Positions 1-9,308 of a stretch of DNA of 64,000 nucleotides are shown here, piece after piece. The number at the start of each line of letters is the position of its first letter. The first letter of the stretch is position 1. The notes beneath the pieces are model-generated. The model saw nothing but the letters and a program-made list of their open reading frames with translations, had not been told where the DNA came from and did no database searches. Where the stretch lies: IMG/VR virus record IMGVR_UViG_3300024359_000004. One strand, written 5' to 3'. This DNA comes from an uncultured virus (IMG/VR IMGVR_UViG_3300024359_000004) (lineage: Duplodnaviria; Heunggongvirae; Uroviricota; Caudoviricetes). The translations under genes were made by a program, and so were the position numbers.

Positions 1-28
1 TTTTCATAATTTTATTTTTCTATATTGA

Positions 29-244
29 CTACTCATCTTTGTTTTGGTTTGTGAATATTTGACCTAGTGCAAACATATTGTGTAATGCCCTAATTCTTTC
101 TTCTTTATCTTCACTTGTTAAATTGTCTAACTTTTCTGATAAGTTACGTATAAGTTCCTCTTCTATAAGTGGACTTTTGAATCCTTCTAAACTATTGATA
201 TCTTTTATCAATTCTTTGGATAAGTCTTTTAGGTTATTTTTCAT
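29..244 (-). CDS. small hypothetical protein ending in NQNKDE (cassette-type ORF)
   Basis: ORF track; both ends bounded by the AAACCAAAACAAAGATGA junction repeat. Confidence 0.7.
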   Translation of the reverse strand: MKNNLKDLSKELIKDINSLEGFKSPLIEEELIRNLSEKLDNLTSEDKEERIRALHNMFALGQIFTNQNKDE

Positions 245-390
245 CTTTGTTTTGGTTTATACATGAGTATTTGGTAGATAACAGATTCGAACTGTTTCGG
301 GTTCAGGCTTTTTTCCACCTTGAGTCGCACCACCCCTTTCTCCAATGTCTGTCAAGTCAAACTCTACCATTTACTCATCTTTGTTTTTTT

Positions 391-438
391 TTACTACTTC
401 TATTAAACTCTGTTTTACTACTTCTATTAAACTCTGTT
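391..438. repeat. perfect 24-bp tandem duplication
   Basis: ttactacttctattaaactctgtt at 391-414 and 415-438. Confidence 0.9.
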
Positions 439-490
439 ATATTACCATTAAAAGGTCGGTCACTATATCAAATATTTTATCTTCCATAAC

Positions 491-694
491 TTATTTATAA
501 TTTGTAAGAAACTCTTTGGGTATGTCCTTACTTAATCCTTTCATAATATTCTCTTTGATATATTTAATGTCTTCCTCGTCTTTAATATCCTTAATTATTT
601 CTCTAAACTTAATTAAGAAATCAACATTCTCACTTTCACCATAGACATTAACTATTCTATCATGTAACCATTGTAAGTGTTCTGAATTTGTCAT
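491..694 (-). CDS. hypothetical phage protein
   Basis: ORF track, packed in minus-strand operon. Confidence 0.65.
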   Translation of the reverse strand: MTNSEHLQWLHDRIVNVYGESENVDFLIKFREIIKDIKDEEDIKYIKENIMKGLSKDIPKEFLTNYK

Positions 695-706
695 ATCTTT
701 TTTATT

Positions 707-1192
707 TTAACTAAATTCTGTACTTGTTGATACTCTTAAGCCATCTATTTCTCTATCTGCATATGATGAAGGGTCTGGCATCCAAGAATGGTTCTTCATC
801 ATATATTCTTCATCGGCAACCATACCATCATCTTTATTCCATTCCAATGCCATCTGAATAAATTCATCTGGTTGTAATTCTTCACCATATTCATCAACAA
901 CTCTTCTACTTCTAATGAATTCTAATAACTCCTCCTTATTTGAATAGTATTTGTTATCATTAAAGTTCCAACAAAATTTCCAACCTCCTGAACGTTTACC
1001 TAAATGAATTGAGTTACCATTAGTAAATTCATCCCAAGGCGATAATCTGTCCCAACCATCTTCATGAATTCTCCAGTCGTCTTCACAAAGTCCAGCATTT
1101 GATATATCCATTGATTGAATCTCTTCAATTAATTTTTGTCTTTTCTTTTCTAAGTCTTCTACTTTCGGTATTGAATAGTAATTTGTTCCCAT
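707..1192 (-). CDS. conserved phage hypothetical protein
   Basis: MGTNYY start and HLGKRSGGWKF motif typical of a widespread phage protein family. Confidence 0.7.
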   Translation of the reverse strand: MGTNYYSIPKVEDLEKKRQKLIEEIQSMDISNAGLCEDDWRIHEDGWDRLSPWDEFTNGNSIHLGKRSGGWKFCWNFNDNKYYSNKEELLEFIRSRRVVDEYGEELQPDEFIQMALEWNKDDGMVADEEYMMKNHSWMPDPSSYADREIDGLRVSTSTEFS

Positions 1193-1193
1193 A

Positions 1194-1550
1194 TTATATG
1201 TCTTTAAATTGATTTAAATCTACATCTGGATTCTCATCCAGGTATTCCTGGAATTGATATAGTTTATTTAATTCTCTGTAGTTATCTTCCATCCATTCGA
1301 ATGTTTCTCTTGTTTTTCTAAGAACTTCGTCAATCGGATTTTGTGGATAACCTGATTCATCCTTTTCTGCAATAACATCTCTTGGTGTTGATACCGCAAG
1401 GGCAATTAATTCTCCTTTGGCAGATTGAATATAATCTTCTAGTTCTTTAACTTTTTCATCTAATTCCCATCGACTTTCAAAAATTTGTCTATTTAAGTAG
1501 ATGTCTGTTGTAAATGTTGTTCCGTATCCCATAGTATTACCCTTTTTCAA
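1194..1550 (-). CDS. hypothetical protein (likely start MGYG near 1532)
   Basis: ORF track; TATATTTG box at 1560-1567 upstream. Confidence 0.65.
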   Translation of the reverse strand: MKKGNTMGYGTTFTTDIYLNRQIFESRWELDEKVKELEDYIQSAKGELIALAVSTPRDVIAEKDESGYPQNPIDEVLRKTRETFEWMEDNYRELNKLYQFQEYLDENPDVDLNQFKDI

Positions 1551-1609
1551 TTATTAATACAAATATAATAACTTTTAATGTAATTTACAATAGGTGGAGT
1601 ACTTTTTTT

Positions 1610-1771
1610 TTAGTTAGTGAAATCTCTTCTGATTTGTTTTCTGGTTAATTCACCTTTACCTGTAGGCATAACACCTGGTTTGTAGTGTTTGTAGAATCTA
1701 GCTTTACAAGCTGATAAACCAAGTAAAATTACTGAGATAAAGATTACTTTACCAATATGTTTTTTGTTCAT
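1610..1771 (-). CDS. small putative lipoprotein (53 aa, not in ORF track)
   Basis: Manual translation MNKKHIGKVIFISVILLGLSACK...; basic N-region, hydrophobic stretch, LSAC lipobox. Confidence 0.55.
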   Translation of the reverse strand: MNKKHIGKVIFISVILLGLSACKARFYKHYKPGVMPTGKGELTRKQIRRDFTN

Positions 1772-1805
1772 TTAAGTTAGTGTTTAACATTGTTATTTTA
1801 AATTA

Positions 1806-2009
1806 TTATTTATTAATTTTTAAATTTTTAATTAACCTATATATTTCCCTCATACCTTTGAACGTACCTAATTCATACATGTCCTCAGCATCTGGTAAAA
1901 CAGCTATTTTCTTTTTTTGTTCCATTAGTTTTTGCTCAACTAATTTTAATATATCATCTAGTTCCATTTTCATGATACGAATTTTTAGTGACCCAACACC
2001 TATAAGCAA
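1806..2009 (-). CDS. hypothetical protein
   Basis: ORF track; true start probably further downstream. Confidence 0.5.
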   Translation of the reverse strand: MLIGVGSLKIRIMKMELDDILKLVEQKLMEQKKKIAVLPDAEDMYELGTFKGMREIYRLIKNLKINK

Positions 2010-2127
2010 TTAATAATTTTTGCCAAGTTTTTAAATTATATACATTAACCCTTCTCTTAGCTAAACTAGGTAATATTAGTTTATTTATTTTTGCTAAGAT
2101 TTTAAAAAAAGTTATCTTAACCATAAT

Positions 2128-2565
2128 TTATTTAAATTGTATTAATTTTACACCACAATCCTTATATGATTTTTCTGGTGACTTAAACTTACCATCTTTC
2201 TGATGCTTCCTTAGACTACTATTTTCAGTTTTGGTAACCCAGTTCCAAACACCATATGTATTATAGTATATTTCTTTTAACTCATCAACACTTTTTGGTG
2301 GGTTAATAAATAATTCCTTAGATGACATTTTCCTAGGGTACTGATGTTCTTTAACTCTTAGTCCTTTGTCAACCTCACTAGCGTTCTCAGATATCATTCC
2401 AGAGAAGCTGTCCTTATTCGTTGGTAGGTAGAATATAGTGGCACCCAATATTGTCTCAATAAATGCCTTCTCATACTCATTTGACTCTAGCCAAGTCGGT
2501 CTTAGTTTTTTTATTAACTCAAACGCTACTTTAAACTTTGATTCTATTTTATCAGCTCTACCCAT
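2128..2565 (-). CDS. hypothetical protein
   Basis: ORF track; EHQYPR...EN spacing weakly recalls His-Me nucleases. Confidence 0.6.
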   Translation of the reverse strand: MGRADKIESKFKVAFELIKKLRPTWLESNEYEKAFIETILGATIFYLPTNKDSFSGMISENASEVDKGLRVKEHQYPRKMSSKELFINPPKSVDELKEIYYNTYGVWNWVTKTENSSLRKHQKDGKFKSPEKSYKDCGVKLIQFK

Positions 2566-2571
2566 TTAAAA

Positions 2572-2970
2572 TTAATCATGATTATTATAATATTCATAGG
2601 ATGAAATTATCCCATCCCTACCATCAATAAATTCTTTTTCCTTTTCTCTTTGTTTTGATAATTTTATTGAGGTTTTATTTACCTCTCTATTATAGATAAA
2701 TTTGTCTTCAGTTTCTTCTAATGTATTGTAATAATATGTTTCATAACCTGGAGGTGTTTCCATGTACATTGTAACATAAGCCATATATCCAACAGAACCA
2801 TCATCCTGACTACCAGAATATTCTTGTATATTTACAGGTGTAGTCATTTTATAACCTAACCTTTCTGCGTTATTAATATATTTTTCTAATATTATTAAAG
2901 CTCTTTCTGGGTCACCACTTTTACCCCAGTCGTCATCCTTAAAATCAAAACTCTTAATCATTTTAAACAT
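2572..2970 (-). CDS. hypothetical protein
   Basis: ORF track; TATATTTG box at 3000-3007. Confidence 0.6.
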   Translation of the reverse strand: MFKMIKSFDFKDDDWGKSGDPERALIILEKYINNAERLGYKMTTPVNIQEYSGSQDDGSVGYMAYVTMYMETPPGYETYYYNTLEETEDKFIYNREVNKTSIKLSKQREKEKEFIDGRDGIISSYEYYNNHD

Positions 2971-3032
2971 AATACTTAATTTTAATCATTTGTAATAACC
3001 AAATATAAGTAAAATAAATAATAAAAACAAAT

Positions 3033-3842
3033 TTATTTCAAATTAGTACTCTCAAATATCTTATTTGCTGATGCAGCGACAAAACCACCAAAGAGTTCTC
3101 CATTATCTAATGGGAATCTATAAGCAAACTCATAGAAACAAGATGGTACTGAATATTCTCCTTCAATAAAGGTATAAATCTTTTTATCTGCCATTGTTGA
3201 TGATTGCTCTAAATAAACATCTGGACCACCCTTGATTAAACCACCAGATGTATTAAGTCTATAATTTGCTTCTAATAAAGAAGTATTTACCTCTTCTAAC
3301 GAATTATATCCTTTTAACTTGTTTACATCAACAGTGAAGTGATTAGCAACATACCCATACAAATAAAACCAAGCAGCATACTCACTTTCTTCTACTAATT
3401 TATTATAGGTTTCATAAGATGGTGTGTCCCATAACCTACCACCAGTTAAGAAACTCAATTCATCTAATTCATCAAAGATAATATCATCGATGATTGATTT
3501 CATAGTTTGTTGTAATTCCTCACTAAACTCTTCTACTAGTAACTGACTAATAAAAACTTTTGGATGATTTTCCGTTGGGTGGTAAAAATGCTTTGCATAT
3601 AACTTCTTTTCTGTGAAGTGATACTCTCCTCCTTCTACGTATCCTAATTCTAATAATGATTGGGAAATTTTTTCAATGTTTACCCTTTCGTTATTTAAGG
3701 TTCTAAAAGCAACATGGTCGTTTACCACTTCTTCACCTTTTTCATTAAATAATTGTTTGATTTTTTCTGCTGAGGGGGTAATTGAAGAATATTTACCCCA
3801 CATATTAGTGAATAATTCACCAATCTTAAAACTTTGTGTCAT
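3033..3842 (-). CDS. DUF1338 family protein (2-oxoadipate dioxygenase/decarboxylase-like)
   Basis: NDHVAFRT, SEYAAW, NHFT, LEQSST, FYEFA and F.GF...SANKIFEST motifs. Confidence 0.85.
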   Translation of the reverse strand: MTQSFKIGELFTNMWGKYSSITPSAEKIKQLFNEKGEEVVNDHVAFRTLNNERVNIEKISQSLLELGYVEGGEYHFTEKKLYAKHFYHPTENHPKVFISQLLVEEFSEELQQTMKSIIDDIIFDELDELSFLTGGRLWDTPSYETYNKLVEESEYAAWFYLYGYVANHFTVDVNKLKGYNSLEEVNTSLLEANYRLNTSGGLIKGGPDVYLEQSSTMADKKIYTFIEGEYSVPSCFYEFAYRFPLDNGELFGGFVAASANKIFESTNLK

Positions 3843-3847
3843 CTAAA

Positions 3848-4429
3848 TTAATTCTTGTTGTCTAATTTATCTTTTATTTTTTGTAAACTATCTAGGCCAC
3901 CTAAAGCAAATGTTGCTCTACCACCATAGTTTTCTTTTTTAGGTTTTGGAGTTTCTTTTTTTGTATCCATTTTTCTTTTTTTATTCGGTTTATTCTTTTT
4001 GAAATCTTTTAGCAACCAACCAATATGTTTGTCACCACTACTTAATTTACTTGTAAGCCAAGACTCAAAAATTTTATATGCACTAGCACACATAAAGGTG
4101 TTTGTTTTTTCACCCTGTATAGCTATTACTTTACTACCAATCAACTCTTTAAGTTTCTCGTTTATTTCAATATCATCATTTAACATGTTATGAATATAAC
4201 CAAAAAACTCATCTTTCATAGATGAATCTTCAAAACCATCTAATACCTGGTTTACTGAAGATAAGTCATCATTACACAAAACACATTTAAACTCACCTTT
4301 TGGTTTGACAAATACTGGTTCAACTTTTTCATTTGGGAAATATGCCCTAACTAAATGGTTAAAGAAATTTCTAGCTTTTTTGTTATTATATAAATCCTCT
4401 ATTGTTTTTAAAATTCCGTCTTTAGTCAT
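3848..4429 (-). CDS. hypothetical protein with CxxC
   Basis: ORF track, CVLC. Confidence 0.65.
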   Translation of the reverse strand: MTKDGILKTIEDLYNNKKARNFFNHLVRAYFPNEKVEPVFVKPKGEFKCVLCNDDLSSVNQVLDGFEDSSMKDEFFGYIHNMLNDDIEINEKLKELIGSKVIAIQGEKTNTFMCASAYKIFESWLTSKLSSGDKHIGWLLKDFKKNKPNKKRKMDTKKETPKPKKENYGGRATFALGGLDSLQKIKDKLDNKN

Positions 4430-4440
4430 AATATTTTTTT

Positions 4441-4836
4441 TTAACCCAATAATTCTTTAGTTATTTTAGCTGCTAACTTACCGTCATACTGACCGTCAAA
4501 CTCGCTTTTAAGGAAACTCATAACTTTACCCATTTCTTTTGGTGATGATATGTTATTTTTTTCAATAACACCTTTTATTATTGTTGAAAGCTTTTCTTCA
4601 TTTAATTGTATTGGTAAATATTCGTTGATAATGTTTAACTCATATTCAGTTAAAGAATTAGTTGCTTCAGCATTCTTTATCATAGATTTTAATTTACCAA
4701 TAACGTAAGAGTCTTCAGGTGTTTTACTTTCTTTGGACACTTCTGATTTTATAACACCCAAAAAGTTTTTTCTTTTCATATCTTTGACTTTGTATGCAGC
4801 CATAAAGTCACCACTTATTTTTTCTATTAAACTCAT
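4441..4836 (-). CDS. yqeY: GatB/YqeY domain protein
   Basis: EYLP.QL.E and KEMGKVM...GQYDGK motifs. Confidence 0.85.
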   Translation of the reverse strand: MSLIEKISGDFMAAYKVKDMKRKNFLGVIKSEVSKESKTPEDSYVIGKLKSMIKNAEATNSLTEYELNIINEYLPIQLNEEKLSTIIKGVIEKNNISSPKEMGKVMSFLKSEFDGQYDGKLAAKITKELLG

Positions 4837-4837
4837 A

Positions 4838-5143
4838 CTATTTTAGTTTTAAATAATAATGGTAACCAACGTTACCATCAATACCATAAAAAGACCACTT
4901 AATTTCACCCCTTTGGATTCTTTCACCCATTTCTTTAAATTTACTTGCTTGCGAATTTTCACTAATTCTAACATAGTCTGGACTCTTACTTTTAGGAGTT
5001 CTTTTTGTTGTCTTTTTATTTGTTGTAGTTTTTTTCTTTGTAGTTGTTTTAGCTTTTGGTTTACTAGTTTTCTTGGTTGGTGCTTTTTTTACCCCACCAC
5101 TACTCTTAGTTCTACCACCAGTTTTATTATTTTTATTAGCCAT
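4838..5143 (-). CDS. Lys/Thr-rich basic protein, possibly DNA-binding
   Basis: K/T-rich N half; TATTTAT motif at 5166-5172 upstream. Confidence 0.6.
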   Translation of the reverse strand: MANKNNKTGGRTKSSGGVKKAPTKKTSKPKAKTTTKKKTTTNKKTTKRTPKSKSPDYVRISENSQASKFKEMGERIQRGEIKWSFYGIDGNVGYHYYLKLK

Positions 5144-5199
5144 AACAACCTAAAAACCTTTTTATATAAATATGTTAATACATTAGATAATTCAAACCA

Positions 5200-5400
5200 T
5201 TACATATTTGAATCCAAATATACCGAATTTTTATGCTCAAGTAAAGCATTATTTAGTTCTGTATAACCCAAAAAGTCTTCAAATTTTTCAAAGTATCTAT
5301 TAATATACATCGTTGTTGACTTACAGTGTTCTTTAGTAGTGCAGCTTTGGATTATTTTAAACCCTTTATTCTTGGCTTCAATTTGTTTTAGTATACCCAT
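5200..5400 (-). CDS. hypothetical protein
   Basis: ORF track, overlaps DHFR end. Confidence 0.55.
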   Translation of the reverse strand: MGILKQIEAKNKGFKIIQSCTTKEHCKSTTMYINRYFEKFEDFLGYTELNNALLEHKNSVYLDSNM

Positions 5401-5920
5401 CTTTCTCTTTTAGTGTCGTAAACGTTATTAAATAATTATCATCTTCATCATAATCATATGAATCAATAATTTCAAATCTATCTTTGTCTATTTCTGGGAA
5501 AAATGTGTCACCATCAATAATACTTTTTCCGTTTCTAGGTGTAACCCAAGTCATGTATAGCTTATCGATTGGTAGTTCCATACATTGTTTATAAACACTT
5601 GCACCACCAATAACAAAGACATCCTTTTCTTTAAACGTTGTTGCTGATTCTAGTGCTGAAGTTAAGTCGTTATAAACAAATAACCCAAAATCTCTTTTAA
5701 TTGATTTAGAACCATTTCTAGTCACAACAAAATTAGCCCTTCTAGGTAATGGTTTACCTATGGATTCATAAGTATTTCTACCCATAACAACTATCTGGTT
5801 TGTTGTCCTAGCCTTAAAGTATTTTAAGTCTATTGGTATGTGCCATGGCATAACACCGTCTTTACCTATAACTCTATTATCAGTACCACAAGCAACTATT
5901 AAATTTATTTTCCTAATCAT
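5378..5920 (-). CDS. folA: dihydrofolate reductase
   Basis: VIGKDG.MPWHIP.DLKYF, VVMGRNTYESIG.PLP.R, VIGGASVY, GDTFFP. Confidence 0.95.
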   Translation of the reverse strand: MIRKINLIVACGTDNRVIGKDGVMPWHIPIDLKYFKARTTNQIVVMGRNTYESIGKPLPRRANFVVTRNGSKSIKRDFGLFVYNDLTSALESATTFKEKDVFVIGGASVYKQCMELPIDKLYMTWVTPRNGKSIIDGDTFFPEIDKDRFEIIDSYDYDEDDNYLITFTTLKEKDGYTKTN

Positions 5921-5929
5921 TTTAATTTT

Positions 5930-6223
5930 TTAAAGTTTAATGATATCTAAAATGTCTTTCGATTTACTACACATCTCGTAATCTTCTAGATATTCAAAAT
6001 GTTGTATAGCGTCAACTAATGTGTCAACCCACATGTGGTCATGTAGGTTTAAATATAATTCATCACCACTATCAACTAATCTAAATAGTGTTATATTATG
6101 CATGTTGTTATTATAACCAACCTCAATCATCTCAACAGCTCTTCTAAAAAATACGTCATTTGTTTCCAAAGAATATTTATCTAAGTCATCCAAACTAAAT
6201 GGGTATATTGGGATGTCTGACAT
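5930..6223 (-). CDS. hypothetical protein with UVR-like C-terminal helix pair
   Basis: AIQHFEYLEDYEMC...D pattern. Confidence 0.55.
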   Translation of the reverse strand: MSDIPIYPFSLDDLDKYSLETNDVFFRRAVEMIEVGYNNNMHNITLFRLVDSGDELYLNLHDHMWVDTLVDAIQHFEYLEDYEMCSKSKDILDIIKL

Positions 6224-6224
6224 G

Positions 6225-7829
6225 TTACCTTAAATTAAATTCTCTACTTACTTCACCGTTATTCCATAATATTAAAATAGGTCCACTATAATACTCGTTA
6301 ATATCTTGACCTATTAAATTAGTTTTCCTAACTATATACTCTCTCCTACCAATCATTTTAATAATTACACTTATAGGGTTAAATATTTCAAATTGTCTAT
6401 CGTAATCAACTTGAGTTAGTCTGTAATAATTATAACCATTTATTGGTTTTGTATGTGTGGTGTTGTATGTAATCAAATCTGATGTTGTACCAGCACCAAG
6501 AATATTATCAATTTCTTCCCAAACATAACCATCAATACTATGTTCAACTACAAAGTAATCGTTGTTTAATTGAGATGCTACCACCCATTCTAACTCAACA
6601 TGTGATTCATCATTTAAATCTCCTTCAAATGAAGTTAATGTTATCGGCAAAGCACCACCAGAAGAACTACCAATACTGAATTTAACATTAGGTCTAGTGC
6701 TGGACCTTGAACCTGTAGTTGTTGGATAGCTACCATCTTGATACTCATATGCAGACCTTCTAGTTGAAGATGTATAATCAAATTCTGGATATGAGAATGA
6801 ATAGCTACCATCTCTGTTTTCAACCTTAATTAGTAAATTGTCTGTATTGTTATAAGAAAAAGCCGTTGATAGGGTTATTTCTTCCCAACCTGGTGACCAA
6901 TCAATACTTCCATCATAAACTAAAGTCCAATCACTCGTTGCGTAGTTACTATTAAAATCCTCTTGCACTGATGAACTAGGAAATTGACTATAGGTTGTAT
7001 GAGCCATATAAATTTTTTGGTTAGTCATAACATATGATGAAGGACTACTAGCATCAACATAAAAACTAATAGATTCTATGTCACCACTATTTGCAATTTC
7101 ACTTTGTAGATAAATCATTCCAGACCAACTATATTCAAATAAACCATATGAGGGAACTAAACCACTTTCAGATGTTCCTGTACCAATAGTTATTTCGGTG
7201 CTACCACCTCCTCCACCTCCACCAGAGGATTCGGTAACCAATATATTATCAAAACTAGCACCATAATCGTATTTACCATAATAGTGAAATCTAAGTGTGT
7301 AGTTATCTGAAGTAGAGTTACTACCTGTTAAATCAACACTCCCACTAAAGCTACCATCCGTATCTAAAGTTACATAAACTAAATCATTACCTACTTGACT
7401 ACCATCAGTATCATTATATAAATAAACCTCAAAATAATCTTCTGAGTAGTGGTCAAACAAATAATCAAATGAAATTGATATTGTGGTTTCACTAGGTGAA
7501 AATTGTTTGGTTATAAAAACATTATCTTGTGTACAACTGCTACCATACCACTCAATAGCCGCAAAGTTACCAGCACATGAACTGCACTCTTCATTATGTG
7601 AAGTTGTTATTTCCCAAGTTTCAGAAATACAGTTATTTACAATTTGATAATTTGAAGAGGTGCTGCTTGTCTGAGTTACATATCCTGTACTCATAGATGA
7701 AAAGTCCTCATTCAATAGGGTTGTTTGTGAAATAACATTGGTTGTTAAGAATAACATACACAATGTTACTATGAAATTTTTTACGTTATTTATATTTCTC
7801 ATAAAACTATTTTTTATGGTTAGATACAA
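6225..7829 (-). CDS. secreted Bacteroidota-type surface protein (signal peptide, beta-rich domains, LPITL..F module)
   Basis: Hydrophobic N-term, poly-Gly linker, ALPITLTSFEG...WVVASQLNNDYF...YYRL.QVD.D module typical of Bacteroidota T9SS cargo. Confidence 0.7.
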   Translation of the reverse strand: MYLTIKNSFMRNINNVKNFIVTLCMLFLTTNVISQTTLLNEDFSSMSTGYVTQTSSTSSNYQIVNNCISETWEITTSHNEECSSCAGNFAAIEWYGSSCTQDNVFITKQFSPSETTISISFDYLFDHYSEDYFEVYLYNDTDGSQVGNDLVYVTLDTDGSFSGSVDLTGSNSTSDNYTLRFHYYGKYDYGASFDNILVTESSGGGGGGGSTEITIGTGTSESGLVPSYGLFEYSWSGMIYLQSEIANSGDIESISFYVDASSPSSYVMTNQKIYMAHTTYSQFPSSSVQEDFNSNYATSDWTLVYDGSIDWSPGWEEITLSTAFSYNNTDNLLIKVENRDGSYSFSYPEFDYTSSTRRSAYEYQDGSYPTTTGSRSSTRPNVKFSIGSSSGGALPITLTSFEGDLNDESHVELEWVVASQLNNDYFVVEHSIDGYVWEEIDNILGAGTTSDLITYNTTHTKPINGYNYYRLTQVDYDRQFEIFNPISVIIKMIGRREYIVRKTNLIGQDINEYYSGPILILWNNGEVSREFNLR

Positions 7830-7877
7830 ACAAATATACTAAATATTTTTTAAAAAAACAAATTTACTTTTTAATGT

Positions 7878-8690
7878 TTAAGTTCTAACAGAAGTCTTGC
7901 CTCTTTCTTTTGAATTGATTTCCTTTTGTTTTATATCTAATCTAAATAAATTTCTAAAACACCACATGGCACCGATAACACATATAATTAATAACATATA
8001 TATTGTTGTTAGTGAACCACTATTATTTAAGGTAATGTGTAAATCATATATTCCGTGTAATATTGTTGCGCTAATTAGCCCAACAAACATAAATACTTTC
8101 CTCTTTAATTTACTATTCTTGTATAATAGTAAATCGACTATTGACCTATTCTTAAGTCTTGTTTTAAGTCTACCAAAACTAACCCAATAACCCATAAACA
8201 ACCCAAACACTAAATGACCTACCAAAGCTGTAACTGAACGTAATGCTATCACATATCCAGGGTCTGAAGAACTCGTAACATATTTGATATTTTCAAGTAT
8301 TGCAAAACCTAAAGAAACCATAGATACATAGAACATTGTTGCTAATGGATTTGGTTTTTCTTTATCGGTTGTTTTATTATTCTTTTCTAATATTAGAAAA
8401 GCTATTAATTTAGAAGCTTCTTCTAATAAACCAACAACTATAAAAAACTTATAGTGTAGATTGGATAACGGATTTATGAGTGGGTTGAATAATTCATTAT
8501 GTGAATTACCTATCCACGGAAATACTTGGTTTATAACTATAAAAACACCAACAGATAAAAAACCACCTATTAAGTAGTATAAAGCTTTTATTGGGTCAAT
8601 TATTTTATAAGGTAAACTTACATATATCAAACCAGAATAAAGTATTGCTGGTAAAAAAGATAAGATTGTTATTGTTAAAAAATTCATCAT
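7878..8690 (-). CDS. prsW: PrsW-family intramembrane glutamic protease
   Basis: GLLEE.SK, GFA.LEN, R...H, LHG.YD motifs; multiple TM helices. Confidence 0.85.
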   Translation of the reverse strand: MMNFLTITILSFLPAILYSGLIYVSLPYKIIDPIKALYYLIGGFLSVGVFIVINQVFPWIGNSHNELFNPLINPLSNLHYKFFIVVGLLEEASKLIAFLILEKNNKTTDKEKPNPLATMFYVSMVSLGFAILENIKYVTSSSDPGYVIALRSVTALVGHLVFGLFMGYWVSFGRLKTRLKNRSIVDLLLYKNSKLKRKVFMFVGLISATILHGIYDLHITLNNSGSLTTIYMLLIICVIGAMWCFRNLFRLDIKQKEINSKERGKTSVRT

Positions 8691-8698
8691 TTATCATT

Positions 8699-8965
8699 TC
8701 AATCACTGTTATTTATAAAATTATCTAGTAAATATTTCACACACATTTTTGCAGTCTCTTCACTAGAAAAATAATTATTATCTTCACCTAACTTTATTAA
8801 TGTACCCAAACCATTACATATCGTAACCATATCATCCATTACCATTTTTTTTATTCCTTCAACAGATGATGATATTTCTTCAATATTAAAATCTTCTGGT
8901 TTGCTTATCATAACTGGATTACCTTCTCTCTCAGTATCCACATCAATTATTAATTTATTTTTCAT
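8699..8965 (-). CDS. hypothetical protein
   Basis: ORF track. Confidence 0.6.
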   Translation of the reverse strand: MKNKLIIDVDTEREGNPVMISKPEDFNIEEISSSVEGIKKMVMDDMVTICNGLGTLIKLGEDNNYFSSEETAKMCVKYLLDNFINNSD

Positions 8966-9078
8966 ATGTACAATATAACATTTTAATTACTAAAATCAAG
9001 TCATTTACAATTTATTTAATTGGTCCATCTTTTTAACTTGATTCTTTTTTCTTTAAAGTTTTAATTTTATAGCAACAT

Positions 9079-9306
9079 TTAACTTTTAACGTAAAGACAT
9101 TTAAACACACCATCAGATAATCTAATATCTTTTAGTATTTGAAAGTCATTTAACACATAACCGTCAATTATAGTTTTAAGTGTTGTTACATCAGTAATAA
9201 CATTCTCAATTACCACAATATATGATTTAACATTATTCTCACCACAAATAACTACACTACCGTAATTATTTAATTCATTTTCTAGAGTTTGGTTATCTAT
9301 TCCCAT
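9079..9306 (-). CDS. hypothetical protein
   Basis: ORF track, coupled to upstream gene. Confidence 0.6.
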   Translation of the reverse strand: MGIDNQTLENELNNYGSVVICGENNVKSYIVVIENVITDVTTLKTIIDGYVLNDFQILKDIRLSDGVFKCLYVKS

Positions 9307-9308
9307 AA

